A stretch of 64,000 nucleotides of DNA, taken from an uncultured bacterium (GTDB lineage: Bacteria > Babelota > Babeliae > Babelales > Babelaceae). The DNA lies in contig CAWFXL010000001.1 of NCBI GenBank assembly GCA_963819815.1, positions 768,001 through 832,000 of the forward strand, given 5' to 3'. The number at the start of each line of letters is the position of its first letter. Positions within the stretch are counted from its first letter, which is position 1. The translations under genes and the position numbers were made by a program. The notes below the pieces were generated by a model, which was given only the letters and a program-made list of their open reading frames with translations, did not search any database and had not been told where the DNA came from. This document shows, one piece after another, positions 53,348 to 63,476 of the stretch.

Positions 53348-54258
53348 CACGCCTTTATGATCGATTACAAGCACTTCGCAGAGAAAAGAATGTAAGCTGG
53401 GAACTTCTTGAGCAAGACTACCTATTATCCTGGATGTTAGCCGGCATTGCTGCAACGCCTGAACTCAAAAAACTTTTAGTCTTTAAAGGAGGAACAGCTC
53501 TTAAGAAGATGTATTTCGGAGACTATAGGTTTTCTCAAGATCTTGATTTCTCTGTCTTAGAAGTCCTACCTGAGGATATCGCTCTTGAAAACCTCATACA
53601 AGAAGCTTGCCATAATGCACAGATATTACAGGGCAAACATGGATACCCATTGAAAATTAGTAGTCAGTGGTACACCGAAAAAAAACCGCATCCTGAAGGA
53701 CAAAAAGCCCTGAGCATCTTAGCACAGTTTCCCTGGCACAGAGACTCCCAAACACGCATCATGATTGAAATAACGATGCAAGAGACTATTATATTACCAC
53801 CTGTAGAAAGGATCATCCTTCATCATGGATATAGTGAAGTACTCACCGGATCCCTCACTGTCTATACCTTAGAAGAGGTAATCGCTGAAAAATGTAGGAC
53901 GATCTTGCAGTATGCGATGAAGCTTCATGAACGAGGATGGGCTCGTTCTCGAGCGCGTGATTATTATGACTTATGGAGCATCCTAACAATGTACAAACAG
54001 CATTTGGATCTTTCAATAATCCCCCATATGGTTATAAAAAAATGTCACTATAAGGATATTGTCTTCTCAGGACCATCAGATCTTTTTACCCCAGTTCTAC
54101 TCGATGATCTCGAAACCGCCTGGGAGCATTGGCTAGGTCCCATCGTGCCCTTTCTTCCCGAGAAAAATAAAATGCTTGGGGAGCTGCGACAGGAGCTTGA
54201 TGTAATCTGGAGCAGATTTTCGCAGTCCAGTAAAGAAGAGAGCCAACAGCAATTGTAA
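53344..54258 (+). CDS. abiEii: AbiEii/AbiGii-family nucleotidyltransferase toxin
   Basis: EQDY, FKGGTALKK.Y...RFSQDLDF, EEVIAEK, RARDYYDLW; ATGA overlap with abiEi. Confidence 0.93.
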   Translation: MTRLYDRLQALRREKNVSWELLEQDYLLSWMLAGIAATPELKKLLVFKGGTALKKMYFGDYRFSQDLDFSVLEVLPEDIALENLIQEACHNAQILQGKHGYPLKISSQWYTEKKPHPEGQKALSILAQFPWHRDSQTRIMIEITMQETIILPPVERIILHHGYSEVLTGSLTVYTLEEVIAEKCRTILQYAMKLHERGWARSRARDYYDLWSILTMYKQHLDLSIIPHMVIKKCHYKDIVFSGPSDLFTPVLLDDLETAWEHWLGPIVPFLPEKNKMLGELRQELDVIWSRFSQSSKEESQQQL

Positions 54259-54535
54259 TGTGACGGACTCACACTGGTCAAAACTTTCGCATTTATAATT
54301 TCCGCAGTAAGCTAAAAGCGCCTTACGTAAAATATAGTTTTTACTCTTACTGCGGAAAACTTTGTGTTTCACGCCATCTATTGCTGAGCATAAATATTTT
54401 AAATAAATGAAGCGTAGAGCCAGAGAACGTAAGCTGCCTTAATTGCTGATTCAATTCCTAGATTTTATCAACTTCTGTTGTGGGTTAAAGTGGTCAGAGC
54501 AACCCCCAGGAGCGATACACGTTGAAACTTTGATT

Positions 54536-56224
54536 TCATTGGCAAGGTGTATCAAATCCATCTATTTTGAGATATTTTTCTAAATGCTTGTAATAGAACG
54601 CACAATCTTCCCCAAAAAAAGCTTCATCTCCAAATACATCGTTAGGCTTCCTTACTGGATATTGTTTGCTTTCTTGAGCCACCCTATCCATAAGACTTGA
54701 ACAGACAATTGGTATGACCTCATTGCCGAGAAATGGCCGAATGTAATTCTCAAGTTTTGAAATGAGTAAAGAGCGCTGTATTTCATCTTTTACCATACAA
54801 CTAATGCTTTGCTCCCACAAGGGAAGAAGTTTGCCGCCGTTACGTTTGTAGAGATAGATCACTTCAAGAGCTTTTTTTAAGGCCTTTGTCCATTGAGGAG
54901 CAACAACTCGGCCTTGCTTATTTCTTTGCTCAGCAGCTGCAAATAAGAGTACCTCATAGATACAATAAGCTGGCAGATTAAGGTGCATACCTAAGATATG
55001 CACAAGTTGTGCAACCATTTGAAGAGCAATTCTCGCCTCGCGCTTGGTCGGCGTGTATCTTCGTGTACATGCCTGGAGAAGCATTTCATAATAGTGGTGC
55101 TTATCAAATTCCTTATATCTAGGCCATATGTGGACAGGAGAATTTACCGGAAAGATACCCATATTAAAAGAATTGGACACAGTGGATCCAGCTCGTTCTG
55201 GAAAACTTCCATCCATCGAAGCCCCTGATTCAAGAAGTCGCTGCCCTGCACGAAGTGATCCCTTGCTACAAGCGACCAGCCAGGGGGTTAATCCGTGCCA
55301 ATTTCTTTGCTCTTTCGGTGCGCCTCCCTCAAGTAAGAGTTGTACCATGCAAGCCCTATCAAGCTCTACGGCAAGGTGAAGTGGCTGCATAGAATCTTTA
55401 TCAACAGAATCAACGGGTGCTCCCGCACGTAAAAGAGCTCTGAAAAGATTTTCATTATCCTCTTTGATTGCAAAACGTAAGAGTCTATCAAGGTGCTTTT
55501 TTTTTCTGAGAATATCTACATCGGTACTCGTACTATCCTCTGAATCTGCACAAACTAACGTGAGATGTTGGGCAATCGAACGCAATGAATCTGCAGATAG
55601 AAAAACCAGATGCGCATGAGTAATCGTTTCTGCTCCAGCAGCTCGTAATTCTTGCTGTAGAACATCATCATCAGATGAAAAGCAACTGAGTACAATGTTC
55701 AGCGAAAGCTGCACCTCTAATCGTCCTAGAATTCGTTGATATGACTGATTGGTAAAGTAAGTATCTATCTGAGCAGTGTCATAAATTTTTTGAATACACT
55801 TGGTAAGTTGAAAAAGGCTCCTGATATTTCTCTGAAAGAACGGTACCATAAGATAGTGCTTTTCCAGATTTGGATGTAGTGCTCGATACACCACATCTGG
55901 ATTTTTCAAGTGAAATGTTTGGTTAGCCTGCAGAATATTGTTTTGAAGTTCGTCAAGAAATAAATATAGGCATTCAATATGCCCATGTATTGCAGCCCAT
56001 TCAAAGGGTGAGTAACCAAACTGATCATGCACTGAAAGTAACGCGCCCCTTTTAAGAAGCTCTCTTGCAAGAGAAGCATCACCCACTTTTGCTGCACCGA
56101 TCAGTCGCTGATTCAGCTCATCTTGTAGTTCTTTTGTTTGTGCAGCCTCAGCCTGTACCACCATGGCACAAAGGCTACCTGAGATAAGGAGCAGGCCAAT
56201 CAGCCCCAGTAAGCGTTCTTTCAT
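54536..56224 (-). CDS. Secreted ankyrin-repeat protein (paralog 4)
   Basis: Signal MKERLLGLIGLLLISGSLCAM; ankyrin repeats (QPLHLAV, LLEGGA); conserved C-terminal block. Confidence 0.88.
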   Translation of the reverse strand: MKERLLGLIGLLLISGSLCAMVVQAEAAQTKELQDELNQRLIGAAKVGDASLARELLKRGALLSVHDQFGYSPFEWAAIHGHIECLYLFLDELQNNILQANQTFHLKNPDVVYRALHPNLEKHYLMVPFFQRNIRSLFQLTKCIQKIYDTAQIDTYFTNQSYQRILGRLEVQLSLNIVLSCFSSDDDVLQQELRAAGAETITHAHLVFLSADSLRSIAQHLTLVCADSEDSTSTDVDILRKKKHLDRLLRFAIKEDNENLFRALLRAGAPVDSVDKDSMQPLHLAVELDRACMVQLLLEGGAPKEQRNWHGLTPWLVACSKGSLRAGQRLLESGASMDGSFPERAGSTVSNSFNMGIFPVNSPVHIWPRYKEFDKHHYYEMLLQACTRRYTPTKREARIALQMVAQLVHILGMHLNLPAYCIYEVLLFAAAEQRNKQGRVVAPQWTKALKKALEVIYLYKRNGGKLLPLWEQSISCMVKDEIQRSLLISKLENYIRPFLGNEVIPIVCSSLMDRVAQESKQYPVRKPNDVFGDEAFFGEDCAFYYKHLEKYLKIDGFDTPCQ

Positions 56225-56273
56225 GGAATTTTCCTTGTAACGTCAATCATTATACCCTCTAACCATCCTCAAC

Positions 56274-57884
56274 TCATAAATCATCTAGTCCATCTATATG
56301 CAGATACCCTGCTAAATGCTTGCAATAAAGCTCATGATCCTGGCCAACTGGTAAAGATTCGCTATCGTCAGCAAATTTCCGCATAAGGCTCAAACAGACA
56401 ATGTTTTTGACATCATTGCCCAAATAGGGCTGCATAAAGTTCACCAGTTTAGCAATGATAAGAGCTTGCTTTTGTGGATCTTTGACGAGACACCTCATGG
56501 TTTGTTCCCATAGGGGAAACAGCTTATTGCCGTTACATTTGTAGAGATAGATTACTTCAAGATCTCTTTTAAATGCCTTCGTCCATTCTGGTGCAACCTC
56601 TTGCCCCTGCGCATCATGTTGTTCTGCAGTTACAAATAAAAGTATCTCATAGATAACATAAGCTGGAAGATTACAGCGCATACCCAAAATATCTATAAGA
56701 CATGCGACATTTTGAAGTGAACGTTTCGCCTCTTTTTTCGTGGGCATATATCTTCGTTTACTTCCCTGGAGAAGCATTTTACAATAAAGCTGTCGATCGG
56801 GTGTACTAAAATCGAGGTACGGCCTTCGAAGGTTGCCCCTATCACCTGAACGAATGCGAGCCCCTGATTCGTAAAGTATTTTTGCTACATCAAATGATCT
56901 ACATGCACAGGCAATTTCAAAAGCGGATCTTTTAGTGGAATCTTTGTCTTCAATCCGTGCTTTTGCATCAAGTAACAATTTTGCCATGCGTGCATTATTA
57001 TTGTGTGCTACATGATGAAGAGGTGTTTTAGAAGAATCGTCAGTATCATTAATATTTGCACCCACCTCTATAAGAGCTCTCAAAAGTTCTTCGTTCTCAA
57101 GCTGAGTAGCAAAATGCACAAGAGAGTTAATATGGATCTGCATAAGATCCTCGGTATTATTTACCTCATCAAAATCATCATCAAGCCTTTCTGCTTGCAT
57201 TAAAACTCGATAAAGGAATGGATAAAGGAATGGGTCTGTCGTACGTAGTTCAGGGAGGCGTTCAAGAAGAGGAGTATCATCAGTATGCTGCGCTCCCGCT
57301 GATACTAACGCTTGCTGTAGAGCAGGCTTATTATTAGAACAGGAAAGCACAAAGTTAAGTGAAAACTGTACTTTTAATCCCGTAAGTATCCGTTCAAGCC
57401 AAGGTATTAAGGGATCGTAATAGTCAAGGTCTTCTTCCATCCATTGACGAATCTTTCTAATACGCTCCACAAGCTCATCAAGACTTCTTTCATCCCTTTG
57501 AAATAAATCTATAATCCACCACCTATTATTTTTCCAGCGCACATTCAACCTTCCAAGAAGTGCATAGTTTCCGGAATGCGTTTGTCTAGCCAGTGGAGTA
57601 TTGCTTTCAAGTTCATCAAGCATAACACCTATGCATTCAGTATGCCCACGTATTGCGGCCCAATCAACGGCTGTAAGACAATAATCTTCCCCAACAATTA
57701 AAGCGCCCCTTTTAAGGAGCCCTTTAATAAGAGATACATTACCCACTTTTGCTGCACTGACCAGTTGCTGATTCAGCTCATTTTGTGCTACTTGTGTTTG
57801 TTGAGCTTCACTCTGTGCGTTCATAGCGCAAAGACTACCTGAGATAAGGAGCAGGCCAATCAGCCCCAATATACGTTCTTTCAT
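56274..57884 (-). CDS. Secreted ankyrin-repeat protein (paralog 3)
   Basis: Same signal; TPLHHVA, GANIN. Confidence 0.88.
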   Translation of the reverse strand: MKERILGLIGLLLISGSLCAMNAQSEAQQTQVAQNELNQQLVSAAKVGNVSLIKGLLKRGALIVGEDYCLTAVDWAAIRGHTECIGVMLDELESNTPLARQTHSGNYALLGRLNVRWKNNRWWIIDLFQRDERSLDELVERIRKIRQWMEEDLDYYDPLIPWLERILTGLKVQFSLNFVLSCSNNKPALQQALVSAGAQHTDDTPLLERLPELRTTDPFLYPFLYRVLMQAERLDDDFDEVNNTEDLMQIHINSLVHFATQLENEELLRALIEVGANINDTDDSSKTPLHHVAHNNNARMAKLLLDAKARIEDKDSTKRSAFEIACACRSFDVAKILYESGARIRSGDRGNLRRPYLDFSTPDRQLYCKMLLQGSKRRYMPTKKEAKRSLQNVACLIDILGMRCNLPAYVIYEILLFVTAEQHDAQGQEVAPEWTKAFKRDLEVIYLYKCNGNKLFPLWEQTMRCLVKDPQKQALIIAKLVNFMQPYLGNDVKNIVCLSLMRKFADDSESLPVGQDHELYCKHLAGYLHIDGLDDL

Positions 57885-57920
57885 ATTTTCCCATCATATC
57901 TTTATTGGGAAGGTGCTCAC

Positions 57921-59532
57921 CTAACCATTACTATTAATTCCTTCAATGCGCAGGTAGTCGCGCAAATGATTAAAATAAATCGGGTTAGGCTTATTGTCTT
58001 CACCAAAAAGCTCCCCTTCATAATTGAGCCGGTAATAATTTCCATGCATCGTACTTCTTCGTCCACCACCTTCATCAGAAACCTTTCTCATAAGACTCTG
58101 ACAGACAATACCTTTGACTTCATTCCCCATAAAAGGCTCTATATATGCACCAAACTTTGCCATGAGCTCATTCCGTTCCACAGGGTCTTTTGTTAAGCAG
58201 TTAATGATTTTTCTCCACAGCGGAAGAAGATCATTACCATTACATCTATAGCGATAGATAAGATCAAGATCTTTTTTTAATGACAGAGTCCAGTCAACTT
58301 GTTGTTTGTTAGCATTTTCTTGTTCGCCCGCTGCAGATAAAATGATTTCATAGACGATATAAAACGGCAATCGCAGCCGAACCGCAAAGATATACAGTAA
58401 GGTTGCTATGTTTTGTAGGGCCTTTTTCGCTTCTTTCCTTGCATCTTTCCATGTAGGTGCATATCTTCTGACACTTGCCCGTAGAAGCATTTTAAAATAG
58501 GAGTCTTTTTCTGGGGGATCTACATAATATTCTCGATCCATTGTAGCACCTAATTCTAGAAGAAATTGTGCAGTGTCCCATGCTCGGTTACCAAGCGCAC
58601 TTCGAAAAGGGGTTGTTGAATGGCCGCTTTTACTTTCGATAGATGCACCTGCAGCAATTAATAATTTTGCGACAGGCACATTATTCTTCCTCGCTGCAAC
58701 GTGAAGCGCCGTCCTCTTCGATTCATCAGCAGCGTTAGGATTTGCTCCTGCTGCTAAAAGAGCTTTCACAAGATCCTCATTTCCATCAGGTAGCATAACG
58801 AGAAGCTTATCAATATGCTCCTTTACTCGAGCTGCACTTATATTATAGCGGCCATAATCTACTACGCATTCAGGGGCAATAGAATAAAGTGCTTCATGAT
58901 GCCAAATATGCTTAGCACCTGCTGATCGCAATGCCTTGGATAAGGATTCTGATGCAAACCAACTCAGAACAGTGTCTAGAGCAAGCTGCACTTTAGATCT
59001 CCGTGCAATGTCCACCGAGTATATGTAGTAGTTAGGCAAACATAAATTGAAATGTTTATATGTTTTCTCTAGATGTTCACGGATATTCTGTATGCGCCGA
59101 GTTAAGGCGTAATAGTCACGCCCATTTCTTTTAAAGAGAGGTACAACAACATCCCGTTTCTTTTTCAGCTCTTTTAGGTCTAAATATCTTCTATCAAGAG
59201 AATCATCTTTTGGCACAACCCCTGGGTGCGGTTGGTGGAGTGTTATTTTCAAGTTCATCAAGAAATATATTTACACAGTCAATATGCCCATGTATTGCTG
59301 CCCATTCAAAGGCCGTATACCCTAATCGATCTTGTTCTGCTAGTAAAGCACCCTGAGCAAGAAGAGTTTTTATGCGTTCAGTTTCACCAGCTTTTGCAGC
59401 ACTGAAGAGCTGTTGTTGCACATTCTCTACTACTGCAGGAAATGCAACTTCTTTTGTTCGTTCTTGGTTCATAGCACAAAGGCTACTTGAGACGAGGAGC
59501 AGGCCAATCAGGCCCAGTATACGTTCTTTCAT
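57921..59532 (-). pseudogene. Secreted ankyrin-repeat protein (paralog 2), split by a +1 frameshift
   Basis: ORFs 59203..59532 (signal + first ANK) and 57921..59261 join into one family-length gene; span 1612 nt = 3n+1. Confidence 0.85.
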
Positions 59533-59593
59533 CTTTTCCTTTAATATCTTTATTGGCTAGACAAGCTGCTTTATCGGTTAGCTAATCATTTTC

Positions 59594-61210
59594 TCACAGA
59601 TTTACTAATCCATCTATGCCCAAATATCCTGCTAAATGCTTACGATAAAGCTCAGTGTCCTCGCGATAAATTTCTTGACCAACATATAGTACGCTTTCTT
59701 CGGCAACTTTCTGCATAAGGCCCGAGATAACAATCGATATAACTTCATTACCGAGAAAGGGTTGCATAAAACTCTCTAATTTTGAAATGAGAAGAGCCTG
59801 CTGTTGTGGCTCTTTTACTATGCACCTAACCGTTTGCTCCCACAAAGGAAACAGCCTATTGCCATTACATTTGTAGAGATAAAGTATTGCAAGATCTCTT
59901 TTTAATTTCTGAGTCCATTCAGGGGCAATCTTCTGTCCCAGCTCACCACGCTTCTCTGCAGTTGCAAATAAAAGTACTTCATAGATAACATAAGGCGGCA
60001 AACTAAGCTGTATGCCTAACTGATACACAAGGCTTACAATATTTTGAAAAGCAATTTTTGCATCGCGCATTGTAGGCGCATATCTTCGTTTACTGCCCTC
60101 ATGAAGCATTTTAAAATAGAGCTGCCTTTCAGGATCAGTCATAAGCAAATATGGCAGTGATTCGATATGCCGAGGACGTATTTGAGCGCCCGATTCAAAA
60201 AGAAGCCGCACAACTTCAAATGATCTATGAGCACAGGCAATAGCAAAAGGAGTTCTCCGCTCTGGATCTTCACATTCTTTCATTGCTCCTGCAGCAAGTA
60301 ACATTTTTGCCATGTCCGCATTGTTTTTACGAGCTACATGATGAAGAGGCATCTTAAAAGAATCATCAGGATTATTAACACTTGCACCTACATCTATAAG
60401 TGCTTTCAAAAGCTCTTTGTTATCCTGTTGAATAGCAACATGCACAAGCTCGTCGATATGCATATGCATGAGATCTTCGATACTATTTACCTCATCAAAA
60501 TCATCATCATCATTCGTGTCTGATTGCACTAAAGCTCTATAGAGGCTCAGTGCTGTTGCACGTAGTGCGGGAAAGCACCCAAGAGGAGTATCATCAATAT
60601 GCTGTGCTCCAGCTGATACTAACGCTTGCTGCAGAGCAGGTTTGTCTTCAGAACAAGCGAGTACAAAGTTAAGTGAAAACTGCACTTTTAACCCGGTAAG
60701 TATTCGTCTCAATGTGGGTAGTACTAAATAACCTTCATGTGTTGCTTCTTGATGCTTTTGCACCAGCTCACTAATCGCGTATATACGCTCCGCAAGCTGA
60801 GCGAGGCTTCTTACATCCCTTTGAAAGAGAGGCACAAAAATAGCACGTGCTGATCGTACAAGCTGTAGGTCCATATAATGTTCATACATGTGGCCTGTCA
60901 AAAGGCGCCTCAGGGAATGGGAATTCGCTTCAAATGCATCAAGAATAATATTTACACAATCAATATGCCCACGTATTGCCGCCCAATCAAACGCCGTATA
61001 ACCTAACTGATCTTTGCCAAGTTTTAAATCCCCCCTTTTAAGAAGCTCTTTTACAAAAGCGGCATCACCCACTTTTGCTGCACTGATCAATTGCTGAATC
61101 AGTTCATTTTGTGCTACTTGTGTTTGTTTAAGTTCAGCCTGTTCTGTCATAGCACAAAGGCTACTTGAGATAAAGAGTAGGCCAATCAGCCCAAGTATAC
61201 GCTTTTTCAT
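59594..61210 (-). CDS. Secreted ankyrin-repeat protein (paralog 1)
   Basis: Same signal; GYTAFDWAA, MPLHHVA, TPFAIAC. Confidence 0.88.
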   Translation of the reverse strand: MKKRILGLIGLLFISSSLCAMTEQAELKQTQVAQNELIQQLISAAKVGDAAFVKELLKRGDLKLGKDQLGYTAFDWAAIRGHIDCVNIILDAFEANSHSLRRLLTGHMYEHYMDLQLVRSARAIFVPLFQRDVRSLAQLAERIYAISELVQKHQEATHEGYLVLPTLRRILTGLKVQFSLNFVLACSEDKPALQQALVSAGAQHIDDTPLGCFPALRATALSLYRALVQSDTNDDDDFDEVNSIEDLMHMHIDELVHVAIQQDNKELLKALIDVGASVNNPDDSFKMPLHHVARKNNADMAKMLLAAGAMKECEDPERRTPFAIACAHRSFEVVRLLFESGAQIRPRHIESLPYLLMTDPERQLYFKMLHEGSKRRYAPTMRDAKIAFQNIVSLVYQLGIQLSLPPYVIYEVLLFATAEKRGELGQKIAPEWTQKLKRDLAILYLYKCNGNRLFPLWEQTVRCIVKEPQQQALLISKLESFMQPFLGNEVISIVISGLMQKVAEESVLYVGQEIYREDTELYRKHLAGYLGIDGLVNL

Positions 61211-61265
61211 GAGCTTTTTCCTTTAGCGATATGAATTCTTATAGTATAACTTTAACTTTATTCTT

Positions 61266-61293
61266 ATTGTAATAATTATGCCATTATTGTCAA
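61266..61293 (-). promoter_or_regulatory. Promoter of the ankyrin gene array
   Basis: TTGACA-N16-TACAAT about 55 nt upstream of ATG 61210. Confidence 0.7.
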
Positions 61294-61564
61294 TATCTAA
61301 TTTCACATTTGTCGTACGATGCCGACAAAAATCCAATAGTGCCGTCTCAGCAGACATGACCTCTCTAAAGGCTTTCTCACCTATTGGAAACCCAAATGGA
61401 CGTCATGGCAGTTTAAAATAGCGGGCATCTCACTAAGATTGCGTTCTGATAAAAGAAAGGATGTCGCTCCCTCCTGCAACCAGCATGTTTTGGGGGGAGT
61501 CTTAAACGATTGTCTTGCTGCGACTCATTCAGTCTTTTATCAGCCATAAGCACATTGCCGCAGT

Positions 61565-62143
61565 CTAGGCAAGTTCCTTTCTGACGATCGCTTCAAGCTT
61601 CTGGGCTGCATCATCTAGAAGGTCGTTTATGATAATGTATTTAAACAAGCCCTCTTCTAAACAGGCCAACTCATCCTCGGCAAGCCCTAACCGAAAAGCA
61701 ATAGCTGAGGCACTATCCTCAGCCCTTTGCATAAGTCGCTGCTCAAGAACTTGTTGGTCGGGAGGTCTAATGCCTATCAGAATGGCATGTTCAGAATAAG
61801 CTTTAATAGCAGTTGCGCCAGCAACATCAACAATACCCATATAACTTTTCCCTTCAGATAGGAACGTAAATACTTCTTTAGGAAAACCATAATAGGAGCC
61901 ATATGCGGTGCTATGCTCGATAAAAAAACCTTCACCTATACGCTGCTTAAAAGCTTCTTCCTCAAGAAAATGATACTCAATCCCATTCCTCTCACCTTTA
62001 CGAGGTTGCTTCGTTGTATAGGTAATGACTCTCTGGAGCTGATACTCAGGAGAGAGTCGTGCGATAACGTGCTGCACTAACGTTGTTTTACCAGCCCCTG
62101 ATGGAGCGGTCACCACAAAAAGTTTACCCTGTTTTTTTTGCAT
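61565..62143 (-). CDS. gmk: Guanylate kinase
   Basis: APSGAGKTT, TYTTKQPRKGE.NG..YHF, YYG, IIND. Confidence 0.96.
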   Translation of the reverse strand: MQKKQGKLFVVTAPSGAGKTTLVQHVIARLSPEYQLQRVITYTTKQPRKGERNGIEYHFLEEEAFKQRIGEGFFIEHSTAYGSYYGFPKEVFTFLSEGKSYMGIVDVAGATAIKAYSEHAILIGIRPPDQQVLEQRLMQRAEDSASAIAFRLGLAEDELACLEEGLFKYIIINDLLDDAAQKLEAIVRKELA

Positions 62144-62303
62144 CGCATCCTCTGCTGAGCTCTGTCATTGCGTACTAAGTATACCACGAAACTGTGCGAG
62201 GTACCAAAACTCTTGACCTAATTGTTTTCAATTTGAAACAATTAACGCATGCCACCTTTATAGAAATTACAAAGAACTGTCCGCTTCCTTCTCAGGAGTC
62301 TCC

Positions 62304-62519
62304 ATGAAAAAGATTCTCTTATGTACACTTACCGCTTTAGCCTGCTCAGCTTCATGCTTTGCTGCCCTTGATTATAAAACTTCAGACATAGACATTGAAG
62401 TGCAAAACAAGGGTAGAAGCCCTAACAGATTTGCTCGTTCAAAAGTTACTGGATCAAACTTGAATTTAAGCGATACTGTTGACCCAGCAGACATTCACGA
62501 GAAATCTCTCCTAGAATAA
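62304..62519 (+). CDS. Small secreted hypothetical protein
   Basis: AGGAG SD; signal peptide MKKILLCTLTALACSASCFA. Confidence 0.55.
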   Translation: MKKILLCTLTALACSASCFAALDYKTSDIDIEVQNKGRSPNRFARSKVTGSNLNLSDTVDPADIHEKSLLE

Positions 62520-62548
62520 CAGTACAAGGTATCTCACCACGTAAGGTA

Positions 62549-62917
62549 TTACCGAGTAATTTCCTCTTTTTCTACATCATCATTAAAAAAAATAGAAAGT
62601 GAGCGAGTCGCTTCAGATGCAAGCTTATACACTACATACCCTAAAGCAGCCAAGGCAATTACAGAGCAAGCCCTACCTGTAGTAGCATCGTTAGGCGTCC
62701 TTGCCTGCAGAGCATCCATATTTGCCCTCAAGGCTTCGGCATTGGACCATACTCTTTTACCCAAGTGATGAATTGCAGCTACACCGATCAAAGTTGCAAT
62801 CCCTTTTAGTGCCCCAACTCGACCATGAAGAGCTCGTTCATTACAGGTGACCCTGGTCGCAGATAACTCTGCTGTCCCGGTAAGAGCTACAAAAAGAACG
62901 AGCCCAGAACCCTTCAT
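62549..62917 (-). CDS. Small membrane protein (paralog of 62914..63318)
   Basis: Signal + VTCNER..HG..G.LKG + 2 TMs; 4-nt overlap with upstream paralog. Confidence 0.65.
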   Translation of the reverse strand: MKGSGLVLFVALTGTAELSATRVTCNERALHGRVGALKGIATLIGVAAIHHLGKRVWSNAEALRANMDALQARTPNDATTGRACSVIALAALGYVVYKLASEATRSLSIFFNDDVEKEEITR

Positions 62918-63318
62918 ATATCTTTCCTGTCATGAGGTACAACCATAGACAGCTTCTCTTGGTTAATCTCTTCGATATCATCGTCCAAATATATCTTCAA
63001 CGAATCGTAGCTTGAAGCACCTAACGTCCACGTAACATAGGCTAAAGAGGCCAGTGCGCACAAGGTATACAATGAATTCCAAAGCGCTTCACGCTTTTTA
63101 TCTTCATGAACATGACTATCGGGAATCCTCAATGGCTGCAGCAACTGTTTAAGTTCAGCCACTGTATAGAGTGTGACAGCCGCTCCAACGGCCGCAAGAG
63201 CTCCTTTTGCTAATCCCTTGGGCCCATGGCGCATACGTTCATTGCATGACACCTTGGCAGAGATTGAGTTCCCTATCAGCAATGCCCCGACAACCAGACT
63301 TGTAAGAAACTTGTTCAT
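62914..63318 (-). CDS. Small membrane protein
   Basis: Signal + VSCNERMRHGPKGLAKG + 2 TMs. Confidence 0.65.
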   Translation of the reverse strand: MNKFLTSLVVGALLIGNSISAKVSCNERMRHGPKGLAKGALAAVGAAVTLYTVAELKQLLQPLRIPDSHVHEDKKREALWNSLYTLCALASLAYVTWTLGASSYDSLKIYLDDDIEEINQEKLSMVVPHDRKDI

Positions 63319-63476
63319 ATTCTTCTCTTCCTTTGTATGCCATTACGAGGCTCTACTCTCTACAAAGGTACACATTGTATGCTCCCTAATTCAAGAGATA
63401 ATCAGATTTTAGATCGTGCAAACCTTGCATCCTAACCATTAAAATCTTTAGACTAATCTCAAAAGGAGAGAACATC

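Noticed and set aside
54259..54539. Short signal-like ORF overlapping the last ankyrin stop (MKSKFQRVSLLGVALTTL...)
   Set aside because: Stops after 23 codons; a pseudogene is possible but unsupported
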